Assembly: GCA_963707635.1 (NCBI GenBank)
Contig: OY970173.1
Span: 288,001-352,000 of the forward strand
DNA: 64,000 nt
Source of the DNA: Candidatus Latescibacterota bacterium
Lineage (GTDB): Bacteria > Krumholzibacteriota > Krumholzibacteriia > WVZY01 > JAKEHA01
Direction of reading: 5' to 3'
Part shown: one piece after another, positions 20,359-31,093 of the stretch
How positions within the stretch are numbered: position 1 is the stretch's first letter
How the letters are laid out: every line of letters starts with the position of its first letter
The notes under the pieces: model-generated
Seen by the model: the letters and a program-made list of their open reading frames with translations, nothing else
What the model was told of the DNA's origin: nothing
The model's database searches: none
Made by a program: the position numbers and the translations under genes

Positions 20359-21567
20359 TCAGGCGCGGCGGAGGGTACGCCCTTTGGCGACGAGTTCCAG
20401 GATTCGCCGCGCCAGCTCACGCTTGCTCTCGGCGGCCGGGCTCGTGTAGACGACACCGCTCGCGTCGTAGACGGTCACGACGTTGGTGTCGCTGCCGAAG
20501 GCCGCGTCGGGCCGGTTCAGGATCATCAGGTCGCACTGCTTCCTGGCCAGCTTGGCGCGCGCGTTCTGCTCCTCGTCGCCGGTCTCGAGCGCGAAGCCAA
20601 CGATCACGCGCTTGCCTTTTTCGGCGCCGAGCGCGGCCAGGATGTCCTCGGTCTTCACCAGCTCGAGCGTCCAGGTGTCGCTCGACTTCTTCTTCTGCGC
20701 GAGCGGGGCCGCCGGACGAAAGTCGCTGACCGCGGCCACCATCACCAGTACGTCGGTTTTCGCGAACGATTCCTTCAGCGCGCGCGACATCTCCTCGCTG
20801 GTGCGCACGCGGGTGATGCGGACCCCGTGCGGGGCCGCCACCGACGTGCGCGCGGCCACTACGGTGACGTCGGCGCCGAGGTCGCGCGCCGCTTCCGCCA
20901 GCGCGAAGCCCATCTTGCCGCTGGATCGATTCGAGACCACGCGGGCGGGGTCGATGTCCTCTTCGGTGCCCCCCACGCTCACCAGCACCCGCACGCCGCG
21001 CCACGGTGAGTCCAGGAGCGTCTGCACTGCCGCGAAAATGGTCTCCGGCTCCGCCATTCTGCCGGTCGCTTCGTAGCCGCACGCGAGGTCGCCCTTCTCC
21101 GGCGGCGCCACGAGGAAACCCCGGTCGGAGAGAAGGCGCATGTTGTCCTGCGTCCCCGCGTTTTCCCACATGGCGTCATTCATCGCGGGCGCCAGCATCA
21201 CCGGCCCGCGATAGGCACTCACGATGGTGGCGAGGAGGTCGTCCGCCTTGCCGTGGGCGAGGTTGGCCAGCGTGTTGGCGGTGCACGGCGCGATCACGAC
21301 CAGGTCGGGCCACCTGGCGAGGTCGATGTGTTCGATCGGGGACACGGCGCCGGCGGACTTGCCCTCGCCTTCGAACATGCGCAGGTGGACGGGATGCTCG
21401 GAGAGGGACTCGAAGGTGAGCGGCGTGACGAACTCGGTGGCAGCCGCGGTCATGACGACCTTGACGTCGGCGCCCGCGCGCTTCAAGAGGCGAAGCAGAT
21501 AGACGGCCTTGTAGGCGGCGATCCCGCCGGTAACTCCGAGGAGAATCTTCTTTCCGGTGAGGCTCAC
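20359..21567 (-). CDS. coaBC: Bifunctional phosphopantothenoylcysteine decarboxylase/synthetase
   Basis: GVTGGIAAYK, HIDLA, APCTAN, PAMNDAM, SNRSSGKMG, AAVSDF, VGFALET. Confidence 0.97.
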   Translation of the reverse strand: MSLTGKKILLGVTGGIAAYKAVYLLRLLKRAGADVKVVMTAAATEFVTPLTFESLSEHPVHLRMFEGEGKSAGAVSPIEHIDLARWPDLVVIAPCTANTLANLAHGKADDLLATIVSAYRGPVMLAPAMNDAMWENAGTQDNMRLLSDRGFLVAPPEKGDLACGYEATGRMAEPETIFAAVQTLLDSPWRGVRVLVSVGGTEEDIDPARVVSNRSSGKMGFALAEAARDLGADVTVVAARTSVAAPHGVRITRVRTSEEMSRALKESFAKTDVLVMVAAVSDFRPAAPLAQKKKSSDTWTLELVKTEDILAALGAEKGKRVIVGFALETGDEEQNARAKLARKQCDLMILNRPDAAFGSDTNVVTVYDASGVVYTSPAAESKRELARRILELVAKGRTLRRA

Positions 21568-21589
21568 AACTGTGGGGCGTGGTGTGAGA

Positions 21590-21683
21590 GAGGCGTGTGA
21601 TGTCTTTGCTTGCTCAGACAGTCCTCACGCGCAGTTTACTGGTAGCGCGCTGCGGAACTCGCCGCAAAGACATCACACGCCTC
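21590..21683. repeat. Dispersed hairpin element, copy 1
   Basis: Perfect 20-bp arms GAGGCGTGTGATGTCTTTGC/GCAAAGACATCACACGCCTC around core GTCCTC-A-CGCGC-N12-GCGCG-CTGCGGA. Confidence 0.85.
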
Positions 21684-21691
21684 CCGTTTGC

Positions 21692-21940
21692 CTACGACTC
21701 CTGGAAGAAGTCGCCGCTGCCGGTCGTCTCCTCGACGAACGAGTAGGTGATCTTGCCGTTGATCAGCCGCTTGACCGCGGTGGAGGTGGGCTTGAAGTCC
21801 GGCTCGGGCTCCGCGCCCCGGACCACGAGCGAGTTCAAACGGCGCGCCTCGCGGGCCATGACGCGCACAGCTTCGTAGCGGTTGAGAATCCTGGCAGTGA
21901 CTTTTTCGATGATGACGAGCTTCTCGATCCGGATCGACAT
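21692..21940 (-). CDS. rpoZ: DNA-directed RNA polymerase subunit omega
   Basis: NRYEAV..MAREARRLN and KPTS.A motifs; lies between gmk and coaBC. Confidence 0.85.
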   Translation of the reverse strand: MSIRIEKLVIIEKVTARILNRYEAVRVMAREARRLNSLVVRGAEPEPDFKPTSTAVKRLINGKITYSFVEETTGSGDFFQES

Positions 21941-21975
21941 GGTTTCTCCTCACTGAAAACTACAGGACGCCGCCT

Positions 21976-22587
21976 TCAGCGGGTCAGCTTCGACATGAAT
22001 TCCGCGGTCTTGCGATCCCGGCGGCAGCGTTCGGCGGTCACGATGGCCTCGAGTTCCCTGCCGGCACGCACCAGATCGTCGTTGACCACCAGGTAGTCGT
22101 ACCGGGAGCTGGCGCCGATCTCCACGCGGGCATTCGTCAGCCGGACCTCGAGTTCGTCGGCCGACACATCCCCACGGCCGCGCAGGCGTTCTCCCAGGCT
22201 GGCGAGCGCTGGCGGCAATATGAAGATCATGACGGCGGCGGGAAAGATCCTTTTTACCCGATCTCCCCCCTGGATGTCAATATTGAGCACCACGTCGCGG
22301 CCCGCGGCGAGCTGATTCTCGACGAAGGCCCGGGGCGTACCGTAAAGCTCCCCATGGACTTCCGCCCACTCGATCAATTCTCGCGCCTTCATGCGCTCGA
22401 ACTCGGCGCTGTCGACGAAGAAGTAGTCGCGCCCGTTGGATTCCCCGCTGCGGGGTGGGCGGGTGGTGGTGGAAATGGACCGCGCGAGCAGGGGGTCGGC
22501 CGTCAGCAGACCCTTCACCAGGGTGGTCTTCCCCACACCCGATGGGCCCGAGACGACGAACAATGAACTCTGGGACGAACGCGGCAC
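21976..22587 (-). CDS. gmk: Guanylate kinase
   Basis: SGPSGVGKT, SISTTTRPPRSGE, YFFV, YGTP, FILPP. Confidence 0.97.
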   Translation of the reverse strand: MPRSSQSSLFVVSGPSGVGKTTLVKGLLTADPLLARSISTTTRPPRSGESNGRDYFFVDSAEFERMKARELIEWAEVHGELYGTPRAFVENQLAAGRDVVLNIDIQGGDRVKRIFPAAVMIFILPPALASLGERLRGRGDVSADELEVRLTNARVEIGASSRYDYLVVNDDLVRAGRELEAIVTAERCRRDRKTAEFMSKLTR

Positions 22588-22591
22588 GCCG

Positions 22592-23467
22592 CTACTCCAG
22601 GTTCTGGACCTGCTCGCGGAGCTTCTCGGTCTCTTCCTTGAGAACGATGACGTGCTGGATGACCTCCGAGTCGGAAGCCTTGGCGCCGATGGTCGACGCT
22701 TCGCGGTGCATTTCCTGCAGGAGGTACGTCAGTTTCTTCGACACTTCGCCGCCGTCCTTGAGCGCCCGGTTGAACTGATCCTGGTGGCTTCGAAGCCGCG
22801 TCAGCTCCTCGGTGAAGTCCGAGCGATCCGCCAGCAGCACGATCTCGGTGACCAGCCGCTCTTCGCTCAGCGCCACGTCGCCCGCGAGCTGCGTCACGCG
22901 CTTGCGCAACGCCTCCGCCTGCTTCTTCGCCATCTCGGGCGCGAGCTTCTCGATCGCGCCGACGGTGCGATCGATGGTGCGCATGCGCTCCACGAGATCT
23001 TTTCCGAGCGTGGCGCCCTCGTCGACGCGCATGCGAGCGCACTGGTCCAGCGCGCTCGACAGGCTCTTCGACACCAGCTTCCACAGTTCGTCTTCGCCCG
23101 GCTCGGTCTCCTTTGCGATCACGGCCTCGGGCAGCTGGACGAGCGCGTCCAGGCTGACGTGCGGGTCGAGCCCGCGCTTCTTCGCGAACTGCTGCAGCTG
23201 GGTCAGGTACTGCTCGAGGGCCACCTCGTTGAGGGTGACCGCGTGGCCGGCCATCGTGGATTCGACCGCGATGGTAAGTGTCACGCGACCGCGCGCGAGT
23301 TTCCCGCGCACGATCTCCTTGATCTCCGACTCGCGGTTCTGGAGCACCCGGGGAAGCTTGAACGAGAGGTCGAGGAAACGATGGTTGACCGAACGGACCT
23401 CGACCGTGACGGTCGACGCCCCGTTGGTGGCCATCGCCTGGCCGAATCCAGTCATGCTGACGAGCAT
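22592..23467 (-). CDS. yicC: YicC/YloC family endoribonuclease
   Basis: SMTGFG, EVRSVNHRF, EELTRLRSH, QEMHREASTIGAK, EKLREQVQNLE. Confidence 0.95.
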   Translation of the reverse strand: MLVSMTGFGQAMATNGASTVTVEVRSVNHRFLDLSFKLPRVLQNRESEIKEIVRGKLARGRVTLTIAVESTMAGHAVTLNEVALEQYLTQLQQFAKKRGLDPHVSLDALVQLPEAVIAKETEPGEDELWKLVSKSLSSALDQCARMRVDEGATLGKDLVERMRTIDRTVGAIEKLAPEMAKKQAEALRKRVTQLAGDVALSEERLVTEIVLLADRSDFTEELTRLRSHQDQFNRALKDGGEVSKKLTYLLQEMHREASTIGAKASDSEVIQHVIVLKEETEKLREQVQNLE

Positions 23468-23510
23468 CGTGCTACTTTCGCGCCGGTTGAAACCCGCGAC
23501 GAGGCTCTAT

Positions 23511-23538
23511 ACTATAGACCGCGCTCGCGCCGTGTCAA
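23511..23538 (-). promoter_or_regulatory. sigma70-type promoter of yicC-gmk-rpoZ-coaBC
   Basis: TTGACA-16 nt-TATAGT. Confidence 0.65.
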
Positions 23539-23590
23539 TCTGCAACGGTGCGATGCGGCCGTCCTACAGCCCGCAACGAACGATCCGAAC

Positions 23591-25069
23591 ATGAACATCA
23601 CGCTGCTGGAGCGTTTGATCCACGAGATTCGCGACGACCTCGTGGGCCGGTCGCTGGGAACTCCGTCGTGGGTTGCGCCCGTGCTGGCGATCCCGGTCGG
23701 CGGGGTCGGCGTCCACCTGGTCGCGATCCTGGAGTCGCCCGGACCCTTCTGCTTTCTCGCGGACGCATCGCCTTTTGGCGCCGCGCGTGCGCCGGCCCGA
23801 TTCGCGAAGCTAAACGGGGCCAAGATCCGCGACATCGTGCTGCACGACCAGGATCGCATCCTGCGCATCGATGCGGTGACACGCGCCGATCGTGAACCCG
23901 TGAGCCTGCAGGTGCGGTTGTTCGGATCCGCAGGCGGCGCCGCGCTCTTCGACGATGATGCCATCGGCGAAACCGTCGGGGCGATGCGCGTCGAGACCGA
24001 GGGGACCGCGCGCGCACGGCCCGAATGGTCCGTGTGGCCGCCCGCGCCGGTGATGCTCGCGAGCCGTGGGCGTCTCGCGCTCGCCGCGCCGGTGGCGGCT
24101 TCGGACGCTGCCCCCGGCGAAGGGATGTTCGGCCCCTTCGCCGATGCGCGAACCGCGTGCCGTCACGTCGGCGGGCTGATTCTCGACGCGGCACACACCG
24201 CGATTCTGCGCCGCATCGCACGGCCGGCGCGGCGCAAGCTCGACGGCATGCACAAGCTGGTCGTCAACCTGGAGCACGACCTCGAGCGTTCCGGCGACCA
24301 CGCCGATGTGCGCCGGGAGGCGGAAACGCTCGCCGCCTTTCAGTCGCAGGTGCCGACCGGCTCGGCGGGCGTGACTCTTCCCGACGTCTACGATCCGACG
24401 CGCGAGGTCTTCATCGAGCTGGATCCCACCGAGTCGGTTCACGTGCAGGTCGAGAAGCGATTTCGCAAGGCGGCAAAGCTGGAAAAAGGCGCCGTGCACG
24501 CACAGCGCCGGCTCGAGCTCGTCCGTCGTGAGATCACGGAACTCGACGCGGCACTGGCCGTGCTGGAAGCGGGAGGAACGTTCGAAGCGTCGCTGCGCAC
24601 GTTCGAGGCCTTGCGGGCCAGGTTTGGCATCGAGCTGGAAGGCCCGCGCGTGACCAGCGGTGCGGCTCCCCGCCGGCAGGCGGCCGGGAAAACCTATCGC
24701 CAGTTCGACCTCGACTCGCGCTGGTTCGCCCTCGTCGGCCGCAGCAATCACGAGAACGACGAGCTCACCTTCAAGGTCGCGGGCCCCGGCGATTACTGGT
24801 TCCACGCGCAAGGCGTCGCGGGCTCGCACGTGGTGCTCAAGTCGCGGGGCGGCGGCGATGGGCCGTCGGCCCGGATCATCCAGCGGACGGCAATGCTCGC
24901 CGCGCATTTCTCCAAGGCGCGGCACAGCAGCCTGGTCCCGGTCATCTACACCCAGAAGAAATACGTGAGGAAGTTCCGCGGCGCCAAACCGGGACAGGTA
25001 GCCTGCGAGCGCGAAGCCATGGTGATGGTTCCCCCGGTCCTGCCGGGCCCCGTGACCGACTCCTCCTAG
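23591..25069 (+). CDS. NFACT family protein (RqcH/FbpA-like, ribosome quality control)
   Basis: Start reassigned to ATG 23591; N-terminal DRIL, coiled coil with IELDP, C-terminal GRSNHENDELT...WFHAQGVAGSHVV...YTQKKYVRK. Confidence 0.85.
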   Translation: MNITLLERLIHEIRDDLVGRSLGTPSWVAPVLAIPVGGVGVHLVAILESPGPFCFLADASPFGAARAPARFAKLNGAKIRDIVLHDQDRILRIDAVTRADREPVSLQVRLFGSAGGAALFDDDAIGETVGAMRVETEGTARARPEWSVWPPAPVMLASRGRLALAAPVAASDAAPGEGMFGPFADARTACRHVGGLILDAAHTAILRRIARPARRKLDGMHKLVVNLEHDLERSGDHADVRREAETLAAFQSQVPTGSAGVTLPDVYDPTREVFIELDPTESVHVQVEKRFRKAAKLEKGAVHAQRRLELVRREITELDAALAVLEAGGTFEASLRTFEALRARFGIELEGPRVTSGAAPRRQAAGKTYRQFDLDSRWFALVGRSNHENDELTFKVAGPGDYWFHAQGVAGSHVVLKSRGGGDGPSARIIQRTAMLAAHFSKARHSSLVPVIYTQKKYVRKFRGAKPGQVACEREAMVMVPPVLPGPVTDSS

Positions 25070-25077
25070 GCGCCTCC

Positions 25078-25114
25078 AAAAAAAAGAGAGGAGCACCGAA
25101 GTGCTCCCCTCTTT
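25078..25114 (-). terminator. Rho-independent terminator (minus strand; possibly bidirectional)
   Basis: AAAGAGGGGAGCAC-TTCG-GTGCTCCTCTC-TTTTTTTT on the minus strand. Confidence 0.9.
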
Positions 25115-25345
25115 CGCGTTCCTAGAGAGCGATACCGCTCGGAATCACGCTAAGGGCAAGGGCTATGATTCACTGGCTTGGCGAGCCACTCAGGGGAAGG
25201 CACTCGACCTCGAAGACCAGAGTCCACAAGGAAAGGAGTACGCAGCCTCCAGGTACCGCCCTCTAGTTGACCGCAACACCGCCTCTTCCTGTATCCCGGT
25301 ACCCCTGCTGGAGCACCCTTCCTTAGATGCGGCACTGCCGTCGGA
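25078..25345 (-). ncRNA. Candidate sigma54-dependent small RNA (~270 nt)
   Basis: Bounded by a sigma54 motif and a strong terminator; only short ORFs with no SD and atypical codon usage. Confidence 0.5.
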
Positions 25346-25356
25346 CATTGCAATAC

Positions 25357-25372
25357 GCAACCGACATGCCAA
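25357..25372 (-). promoter_or_regulatory. sigma54 (-24/-12) promoter
   Basis: TTGGCAT-GTCGG-TTGC matches TGGCAC-N5-TTGC with exact spacing; AT-rich upstream region holds the palindrome TTAGCTAGCTAA (25410-25421). Confidence 0.75.
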
Positions 25373-25509
25373 CCTGCCGAAAGCCAGGCGCACGCAAAAA
25401 CACGGTAACTTAGCTAGCTAAATGCTATTAGGAACCTGTAGACGGGTGTATCGGGCGGGCGGAAAAAGCTACGAGTAAAGCAAATTGACGAGGCGGAAAT
25501 AATTTTAAC

Positions 25510-25761
25510 TTACCGGTCTACGAACCCGCTCTCTCCTTCGAACGGATTGGTATCCTCCGGAATCCAGTAAACGACGATAGCACTGCCGTATGGGCCGGCG
25601 ATGAGAATGAACATCCCGCCGTCTTCACCGTAGCCCAGGATTTCCCCATCGGGAACGGCGCGGTCCCGGGACGAATTCGCCGCAATCGCGAATGACGCCA
25701 CCGGCACGAACGCCAGCAGGAGGCCCAGGCAAAGCACAACTATCCGGACGGGTCGTTTCAT
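25510..25761 (-). CDS. Small exported hypothetical protein
   Basis: 83 aa with a Sec signal (MKRPVR...ASFA); -10-like TATAGT 8 nt before the ATG. Confidence 0.65.
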   Translation of the reverse strand: MKRPVRIVVLCLGLLLAFVPVASFAIAANSSRDRAVPDGEILGYGEDGGMFILIAGPYGSAIVVYWIPEDTNPFEGESGFVDR

Positions 25762-25819
25762 CAGGGGAGACTATATCAAGAAAACGGCCATTCGCAAAGC
25801 CCGAACTTTCAAGGTTTTC

Positions 25820-27736
25820 TTAAATTTTTCGACTCTCCCCGAGGCGTGGTCCGGCCACCCGGACGTTCCCCTGGCGCCGCGTGACCCCCGTTTCGTCGAA
25901 ATACTCGAGCAGCGGGATGGCGTGTTTTCGGGTCAGCCCCAGGGCCGCCTTGAGATCCCCCACCGAAACCTCCGCGCGCGTCTCGATCAGCGTTCGGATA
26001 ACGACCTCGCAGCGGGCGAGCGCCTCCGGGTCGACGAGCCCGTCGCCCAGCTCCACGATCTCGCCGCGGTCCCTCATCAGCTGAACGACGTCCGCGAAAC
26101 GTTCCCCTCCCGCCCACGTGCGCGAGACTTCATCCCGCGAGAGAAACGTCACACCCGCGGCGCGGATCCGTTCCCGCACGGCGCCGACCGCGGCTTCCAG
26201 TGGCGCGGATAGCGCGAGCGCGGGCGTTCCTGCCCGCACGCGGTTCTCGCGGACGAAGAGCGGCTGCATCGTCGCCAGCACGTCGATCACACGGTTGAAG
26301 ACGGCCGTGCCGTGGACGAAACCCAGACGTTGCCGCAGCTCCTCCTTGTCGATACCCCAGTGCAGCGGGTTGCGCGCCGTGTGCGCGAGCGCCAGTTCCG
26401 CGGCCCGCGCCGCGAGCGCCTCCAGCGCCCGCCGGTCGAACAACCGTCCCGACACCGCCACCGCGGACCCGTCCGCGACCAGCGACGCCGCGGCGGCCGC
26501 GTCGACACGCGCTTCCTCCACCCCTTCGGCTCCGGCGCGCTCGACCGTTTTCGCAAGCACGGCGTGCGGATCGCCCTGTTCACGGACGCGCAGCCGATCG
26601 ACCGCGGCGGCGTCGGAGCGCCGGTGCGGTTCGGCGCTCGGATTGACGACGACGCCGCCGCCGATCACCCGGGCCGGTGAGTAGGTGCGAATTACGACGC
26701 GGTCGCCGGCATCAGCGACGATCGGCGACTCCAGGCGCAACTGCGCGAGCCCCGATTCACCGGTGTGGAGCGCGTCGCCCTCGAGGAGGATGACCCGCCC
26801 GAGCACTTCGCGCGCTCCGTGGTGGATGCGAACCCGCTCCCGGTTCTCGAGCTCGACGTCCCCGTGCGCGGCCAGCGCCAGCCGCACGTCGACGGTGGTC
26901 GCCGCGGCAAACCGCCCGGGTGTCGTCAGCATGTCCCCGCGTTCGATCTCTTCGAGTTTTGCTCCGTGCAGGGCCAGGGCGATTCGCTCGCCGGCGGTCC
27001 CTTCCGTGCGCCTGGCGCCGAAACTCTGAATCTCGCGCACCCGCACGCGCCGCCCCAGGGGCAGCAGGTCCAGCTCGTCGCCCACCACCACACGGCCCGA
27101 ATAGCAGCTGCCCGTCACCACCACCCCAATCCCCTTCTGGTGAAAGACCCGATCGACGGCGAGCCGAAACGCTCCCGTCGCCGCGCGTGTCTCGACACCG
27201 CGGGCCAGCGATAACAGCTCGGCACGCAACGCGTCCAGCCCGGCGCCGGTTCGAGCGGACACCGCCACCACCGGCGCACCCTCGAGAAACGTCCCCTGCA
27301 CCAGCACGGCAATGCTTTCATAGAGCGCGGGCAGCGCTTCGTCGGCGACGAGATCCTGCTTTGAAATCGCCACCAGGCCACGACGCACACCGAGCGAGCG
27401 CAACACTTCGAGGTGTTCGACCGTCTGGGGCATGACGCCCTCGTCCGCGGCCACCAGCAGCATCGCCAGGTCGATTCCCCCCGCTCCGGCGACCATCTGC
27501 CGGACGAAGCGCTCGTGTCCGGGGACGTCGATCACGCCGACGAACACGTCGTCCGCGAGCGGCAGCGGGGCGAAGCCGAGCTCGATCGAAATACCGCGCT
27601 CTTTCTCTTCTTTGAGGCGATCCGTGTCGTGGCCGGTGAGCGCGCGGACCAGCTCGGTCTTGCCGTGGTCGACGTGGCCGGCGGTCCCGAGGATGAGGTG
27701 GCGCGGCGCGGGGGAGGTTGCGCGGGTCGGGTTCAC
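25820..27736 (-). CDS. selB: Selenocysteine-specific elongation factor
   Basis: [39 protein letters not shown]-terminal winged helix [17 protein letters not shown] start right after the murA stop. Confidence 0.95.
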   Translation of the reverse strand: MNPTRATSPAPRHLILGTAGHVDHGKTELVRALTGHDTDRLKEEKERGISIELGFAPLPLADDVFVGVIDVPGHERFVRQMVAGAGGIDLAMLLVAADEGVMPQTVEHLEVLRSLGVRRGLVAISKQDLVADEALPALYESIAVLVQGTFLEGAPVVAVSARTGAGLDALRAELLSLARGVETRAATGAFRLAVDRVFHQKGIGVVVTGSCYSGRVVVGDELDLLPLGRRVRVREIQSFGARRTEGTAGERIALALHGAKLEEIERGDMLTTPGRFAAATTVDVRLALAAHGDVELENRERVRIHHGAREVLGRVILLEGDALHTGESGLAQLRLESPIVADAGDRVVIRTYSPARVIGGGVVVNPSAEPHRRSDAAAVDRLRVREQGDPHAVLAKTVERAGAEGVEEARVDAAAAASLVADGSAVAVSGRLFDRRALEALAARAAELALAHTARNPLHWGIDKEELRQRLGFVHGTAVFNRVIDVLATMQPLFVRENRVRAGTPALALSAPLEAAVGAVRERIRAAGVTFLSRDEVSRTWAGGERFADVVQLMRDRGEIVELGDGLVDPEALARCEVVIRTLIETRAEVSVGDLKAALGLTRKHAIPLLEYFDETGVTRRQGNVRVAGPRLGESRKI

Positions 27737-27737
27737 A

Positions 27738-28991
27738 TCACTGGGCGGCGCGTTCGATGCGCGCCCCGATGGCCCGGAGCTTCTCTTCGATGCGCTGGTA
27801 CCCGCGGTCGATGTGATACACACGCAGGATCTCGGAGCGTCCCGTCGCGGCCATGGCGGCCAGGATCAGCCCCGAACTGGCGCGGATGTCGGTCGCCATC
27901 ACCGGCGCGCCTTCGAGCGACGACACGCCACGAATGACGGCGAGGTTGCCGTCCAGGCGAATGTCGGCTCCGAAGCGGCGCAGCTCCGGCACGTGGGTGA
28001 AGCGGTCGGGATAGATGGTTTCCTTCACGGTGCTGACACCGTTCGCGCGGCAGAGAACCGCGATGATCTGCGCCTGCATGTCGGTCGGAAACCCGGGGTA
28101 TTCCCGCGTCACCACGTCGGTCGCGGTGAGGCGCTGCGGCCCGATCACGCGCACGCGGCGGTCGCCGACCTCGACGCGGCACCCGGCCGATTCGAGCGTG
28201 GCCAGCACGGCGCCCAGGTGGCCGGGGTCGCAGTGCGTAACCGTCACGTCGCCGCCGGTGATGGCGGCCGCGGCGGCGAACGTCTCCGCCTCGATGCGGT
28301 CCGCGATGACGTCGTGGCGCAGCGGCCGCACCGACGTCGCGCCGTGGATCACCAGTCGCGCCGTCCCCGCGCCTTCGATCTCGACCCCGCATTCATGCAG
28401 CGCGTGGACCAGATCGGTGATCTCCGGCTCGAGCGCGGCGTTTTCGATGACGCTGGTGCCTTCGGCGAGCGCGGCCGCCATCACCGTCTGCGCGGTGGCG
28501 CCCACGCTCGAGGTCGGGAACACGACTTCGGCGCCGCGCAAGCGCTTGCAGGTGGCTTCGATATAGCCGTGGTCGAGCTGAATGGTGGCGCCGAGCTTCT
28601 CCATCGCCATCAGGTGAAGGTCGATGGGCCGCGGCCCCCACGCGCACCCTCCCGGCATGCTGACGCGCGCACGCCCGTGCACGGCGAGCGTCGGCGCCAG
28701 CACGTAGATCGACGCGCGCATGGTACGCACGAGATCGTACGGCGCCTCGACGCCGTTCGCGGCCGAGGTATCGATGGTGAGGACGCCGCCCTGCTGGGAC
28801 GTCTTCGCCCCCAGCACCTCGAGCATTTTCGCCATGGTGGCGACGTCGCGCAGCTCGGGCACGTTCTTGATGACGCTGGTCCCGCGCGCGAGCAGCGCCG
28901 CCGCCATGAGCGGCAGCACCGCGTTCTTGGCGCCGTGGACGCTCACTTCCCCGTGCAGCGGGGTCGGTCCGTCGATGATGAACTTGTCCAT
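27738..28991 (-). CDS. murA: UDP-N-acetylglucosamine 1-carboxyvinyltransferase
   Basis: [27 protein letters not shown] (catalytic Cys), [21 protein letters not shown]. Confidence 0.97.
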   Translation of the reverse strand: MDKFIIDGPTPLHGEVSVHGAKNAVLPLMAAALLARGTSVIKNVPELRDVATMAKMLEVLGAKTSQQGGVLTIDTSAANGVEAPYDLVRTMRASIYVLAPTLAVHGRARVSMPGGCAWGPRPIDLHLMAMEKLGATIQLDHGYIEATCKRLRGAEVVFPTSSVGATAQTVMAAALAEGTSVIENAALEPEITDLVHALHECGVEIEGAGTARLVIHGATSVRPLRHDVIADRIEAETFAAAAAITGGDVTVTHCDPGHLGAVLATLESAGCRVEVGDRRVRVIGPQRLTATDVVTREYPGFPTDMQAQIIAVLCRANGVSTVKETIYPDRFTHVPELRRFGADIRLDGNLAVIRGVSSLEGAPVMATDIRASSGLILAAMAATGRSEILRVYHIDRGYQRIEEKLRAIGARIERAAQ

Positions 28992-29077
28992 GCTCAATCC
29001 TTGCTAGGAGGCAGACGGCGGCAGAGGGAGTGCACAACCGCCCTCACGGAGTCCGATATGTCGCCTGCCTGGCTTCG

Positions 29078-29959
29078 CTATCGACCCGTACACGCGAAGC
29101 CGATAACCACGCGATCGCGGCCCGCGTAGTCCTTTGCGACCTCGACCGAGGTGAACGCCGCATCGCGGAGCAATTTCGATACCCCCGCGCCCTGCGTGTC
29201 GCCGATCTCGAACATCACGAAGCCGCCCGGCGTGAGCCGTCCGGCCAGTTCCGGTACGGCGCGCCGGTAGAAGTCCAGCCCGTCGCGCCCGCCGTCGAGG
29301 GCCAGCGTCGGTTCGTGGTCGCGCACCTCGCGGGGCAGCGCCGCCAGCTCGCCCGACTCGATATACGGCGGATTGCACACGACCGCGGCAAATCGGCGGC
29401 CCGTGTCCCGGAGGTAAGCGAAGGCGTCCTCGTGCACCACTTCCACACGGTCGGAGACCCCGTTGAGCGCCGCGTTGCGAGCCGTAATCACCGCGGCGGC
29501 GCTGGAAACATCCACCGCCACGACGGCCAGGTTTGGAATGCGCGCCGCCAGCGAGACGCCGATGATCCCGCTCCCGCTGCACAGGTCCAACACGTCGAGC
29601 GCCTCGTGGAGCGGACGCGAGCGCAGCAGTTCTTCCGCCCGTTCGACCAGCACCTCCGTGTCCGGCCGCGGGACAAAGACCCCCGGGTGAACTTCGAAGG
29701 AAAGCGACATGAACTCCGTCGCCCCCAGAATGTACTGGAGTGGCTCGCGCGCCGCGCGCCGCTCGACCATTTCCCGGTATACCGACGCCCGATCCGGATC
29801 CGGCGCGTCGGTCGACTGGACATAGAGGTCGAGCATGCGCAGCCCGAGCGCGTGGCAAAGCATCCATTCCGCATTCCGGCGCGCGTTGGGGACCCCGCTC
29901 GCCACCAGGCGCAGTTCGGCGCGCTGCAGGAGGTCCCGTATGGTCTCCGCGTCGTGCAT
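29078..29959 (-). CDS. prmC: Release factor glutamine methyltransferase
   Basis: [42 protein letters not shown]. Confidence 0.96.
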   Translation of the reverse strand: MHDAETIRDLLQRAELRLVASGVPNARRNAEWMLCHALGLRMLDLYVQSTDAPDPDRASVYREMVERRAAREPLQYILGATEFMSLSFEVHPGVFVPRPDTEVLVERAEELLRSRPLHEALDVLDLCSGSGIIGVSLAARIPNLAVVAVDVSSAAAVITARNAALNGVSDRVEVVHEDAFAYLRDTGRRFAAVVCNPPYIESGELAALPREVRDHEPTLALDGGRDGLDFYRRAVPELAGRLTPGGFVMFEIGDTQGAGVSKLLRDAAFTSVEVAKDYAGRDRVVIGFACTGR

Positions 29960-29962
29960 GGC

Positions 29963-31054
29963 TTACTCCCCGGGCACGATCCGCTGTCCGGCGCGCTCCA
30001 TGATGTCGGCCTTGCGCAACGCCTCGATAAGCGGGTCGAGTGCCCCGTCCATCACGTCGTTCAGGGTGTGGGTCGTGAAGTTGATGCGATGGTCGGTCAC
30101 GCGTTGCTGCGGAAAGTTGTAGGTTCGAATCTTGGCACTGCGGTCGCCCGACCCTACCTGGCTCCGGCGCTCCGCGGCATACTTCTCTTCCTGTGCGCGG
30201 CGCGCCTGATCCAGCAGGCGCGCTTGCAGCACCTTCATCGCCTTCGCCTTGTTCTTGAGCTGCGATCGTTCTTCCTGGCAGGTGACCACCAGGCCGGTGG
30301 GAATGTGGGTGATGCGCACAGCGCTGTCGGTGGTATTGACGCTCTGCCCCCCGGGGCCGCTCGACCGATACACGTCGATGCGGAGCTCGTTGGGGTCGAT
30401 CTTGATCTCGACTTCCTGCGCCTCGGGGAGCATTGCCACCGACGCAGCGGAGGTGTGGATGCGCCCGCTCGCCTCGGTGGCGGGGACGCGCTGCACGCGG
30501 TGGACGCCGCTCTCGTACTTGAGCGAGCCGAACGCGTTGACGCCGGTGACGAGCAGGATGACTTCCTTGAAGCCGCCCATGCCGGTCTCGCTGCTGCTCA
30601 AGACCTCGGCTTTCCAGCCTTTGCGCTCAATGAAGCGCGTGTACATGCGCAGGAGGTCGCCCGCGAAGAGCGCGGATTCCTCGCCGCCGGTTCCGGCGCG
30701 AATCTCCATGATGGTGTTCTTGTCGTCGTTGGGATCCTTCGGCACGATCAGCAGCTGGAACGTCTCCTCCAGCTGGGTGCGCTCGGCCTCCAGCGAGTCC
30801 ATCTCGGCGCGGGCGATCTCGACCAGGTCCGCGTCGGTTCCCTGCGCGATGATCTGCTTGTTGTCGGTAAGCGTCTCTTCGAGTTTCTTCAGGCGCTTGG
30901 TGACTTCGACCAGCTCCACCATGTCGGAGCGCTCCTTCGCGAGCTTGCGCCAGCGGGCGTTGTCGCGAATGACCTTTTCGTCCGCGATCAGGGAGGTCAG
31001 CTCGTCGAAGCGCGCGAGTATTTCGTCGTACCGAGGATTCATGGGTTTCGTCAT
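29963..31054 (-). CDS. prfA: Peptide chain release factor 1
   Basis: [20 protein letters not shown] (PxT), GPGGQ, RTYNFPQ; start 31054 or 31042. Confidence 0.97.
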   Translation of the reverse strand: MTKPMNPRYDEILARFDELTSLIADEKVIRDNARWRKLAKERSDMVELVEVTKRLKKLEETLTDNKQIIAQGTDADLVEIARAEMDSLEAERTQLEETFQLLIVPKDPNDDKNTIMEIRAGTGGEESALFAGDLLRMYTRFIERKGWKAEVLSSSETGMGGFKEVILLVTGVNAFGSLKYESGVHRVQRVPATEASGRIHTSAASVAMLPEAQEVEIKIDPNELRIDVYRSSGPGGQSVNTTDSAVRITHIPTGLVVTCQEERSQLKNKAKAMKVLQARLLDQARRAQEEKYAAERRSQVGSGDRSAKIRTYNFPQQRVTDHRINFTTHTLNDVMDGALDPLIEALRKADIMERAGQRIVPGE

Positions 31055-31093
31055 CGGGCCGCGCCGCGCGGACACCGCACCGCAGGTGGCGGG

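Noticed and set aside
22436..23590. Long N-terminal extension of the 877-aa ORF (similarly for ORFs starting at 8975, 10276, 32701, 59261 and 61051)
   Set aside because: The extensions overlap neighbouring genes or promoters; family motifs, SD sites and ATGA overlaps support the downstream starts.
25160..25192. TGA followed by a hairpin (TGGCT-CGCCA-AGCCA) close to selB, a possible SECIS
   Set aside because: The apical loop is only ~6 nt from the UGA, closer than bacterial SECIS elements; the ORF has no selenoprotein motif.
25070..25820. Search for tRNA-Sec beside selB
   Set aside because: No cloverleaf, TCA anticodon arm or GTTCRA T-loop found on either strand.
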